A stretch of 34,645 nt of DNA, taken from Macrostomum lignano (lineage: Eukaryota). Location: contig NIVC01004808.1 of the NCBI GenBank assembly GCA_002269645.1, positions 1-34,645 on the forward strand, written 5' to 3'. Shown here piece after piece: positions 34,070 through 34,645 of the stretch (positions are counted from its first letter, which is position 1; the number at the start of each line of letters is the position of its first letter). Below the pieces are notes generated by a model, which worked only from the letters and a program-made list of their open reading frames with translations, was not told the DNA's origin and ran no database searches. Made by a program: the position numbers and the translations under genes.

Positions 34070-34645
34070 TGCTTTCAGTCTATCGATGAATATTATCCTC
34101 TGCTTTGTGGCAAAAGTCGACACCAAGCATGCCTATCGTTCCGTCCTGGCCGCTTTGTGGCAAAAGTCGATCAAGCATGCCTACCGCTACGTTGGAATTC
34201 ACCCTTCCTGCTGCCCGACGGCTGGTCTACAATGGAGATTCCAAGGAGCCGACCCGCCCTGCTACCTGGTTGACACCCGGCTGATGTTTGGGGCCGCTGC
34301 CTCCGTGTCCATCTTTCATAGAATTTTCCGGATTATGCAGCGGTCTGGCTTTAGCAATGTCGTTGGATAGTTGGACGACTTTGGTCTTGCCTTTGACAGT
34401 AGAGTCAAGTGTGAAGAGGCCTATGAGTTTTTAACTGGGCTTCTCCAGCGTCTTAGCTTCGGCATCAACTGGCAGAAAAGCAGCGTCCCAGCCCAGACCG
34501 TCACCTACCTCGGTGTAAAAATCGACACGAATAAGATCGATTTGACTGTCAACCTTGTCCAGCGATGAAGCTGAAGCCGCGGTTAACTAAGCGGGCGCTT
34601 CAAAAGCTGTGGCGGCAAGATTCACTGGTGGTGCCAAGATGCTCC
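34070..34645 (+). mobile_element. DIRS/Ngaro-type reverse transcriptase fragment (pseudogenised, opposite strand to RH/YR)
   Basis: AKVD.KHAYR..IHP..VDTRLMFGAAASVSIF..G*LDDF (YLDD with TAG in place of Tyr)..GINWQKS..PAQTVTYLGVKIDT. Internal ~35-bp duplication at 34102/34152. Confidence 0.88.

Overview
Animal (invertebrate) genomic DNA, repeat-rich and intron-poor. A free-living flatworm such as Macrostomum is a guess from the style of the sequence and is not proven. Four host genes are supportable: (1) a class A GPCR with an uninterrupted CDS, resembling the SREB/GPR85 group, with a long polyproline tail (+, 1379-~3076); (2) a complete 3-exon LIS1/PAFAH1B1 (-, 9919-12874, 406 aa) whose two introns are mostly tandem arrays; (3) an intronless secreted PAN/apple-like + LamG-like protein (-, 23614-24645); (4) a ~1458-aa TRP channel (-, 26201-30682) with about 15 ankyrin repeats joined to a TRPM-like core and one apparent 1-nt frameshift. 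Also present are a fibrinogen-domain pseudogene, a decayed Ty3/Gypsy element with a 184-bp 5' LTR, a decayed DIRS/Ngaro-type element whose RT is inverted relative to RNase H/YR, Crypton-like and mariner remnants, two MITEs with 8-bp TSDs, two tRNA-derived SINE copies, and many unrelated mini/microsatellites. The best novelty candidates are the ankyrin-TRPM chimeric channel and the LIS1 introns built from repeats that mimic splice sites. All family calls come from motif recognition by eye, without database searches.
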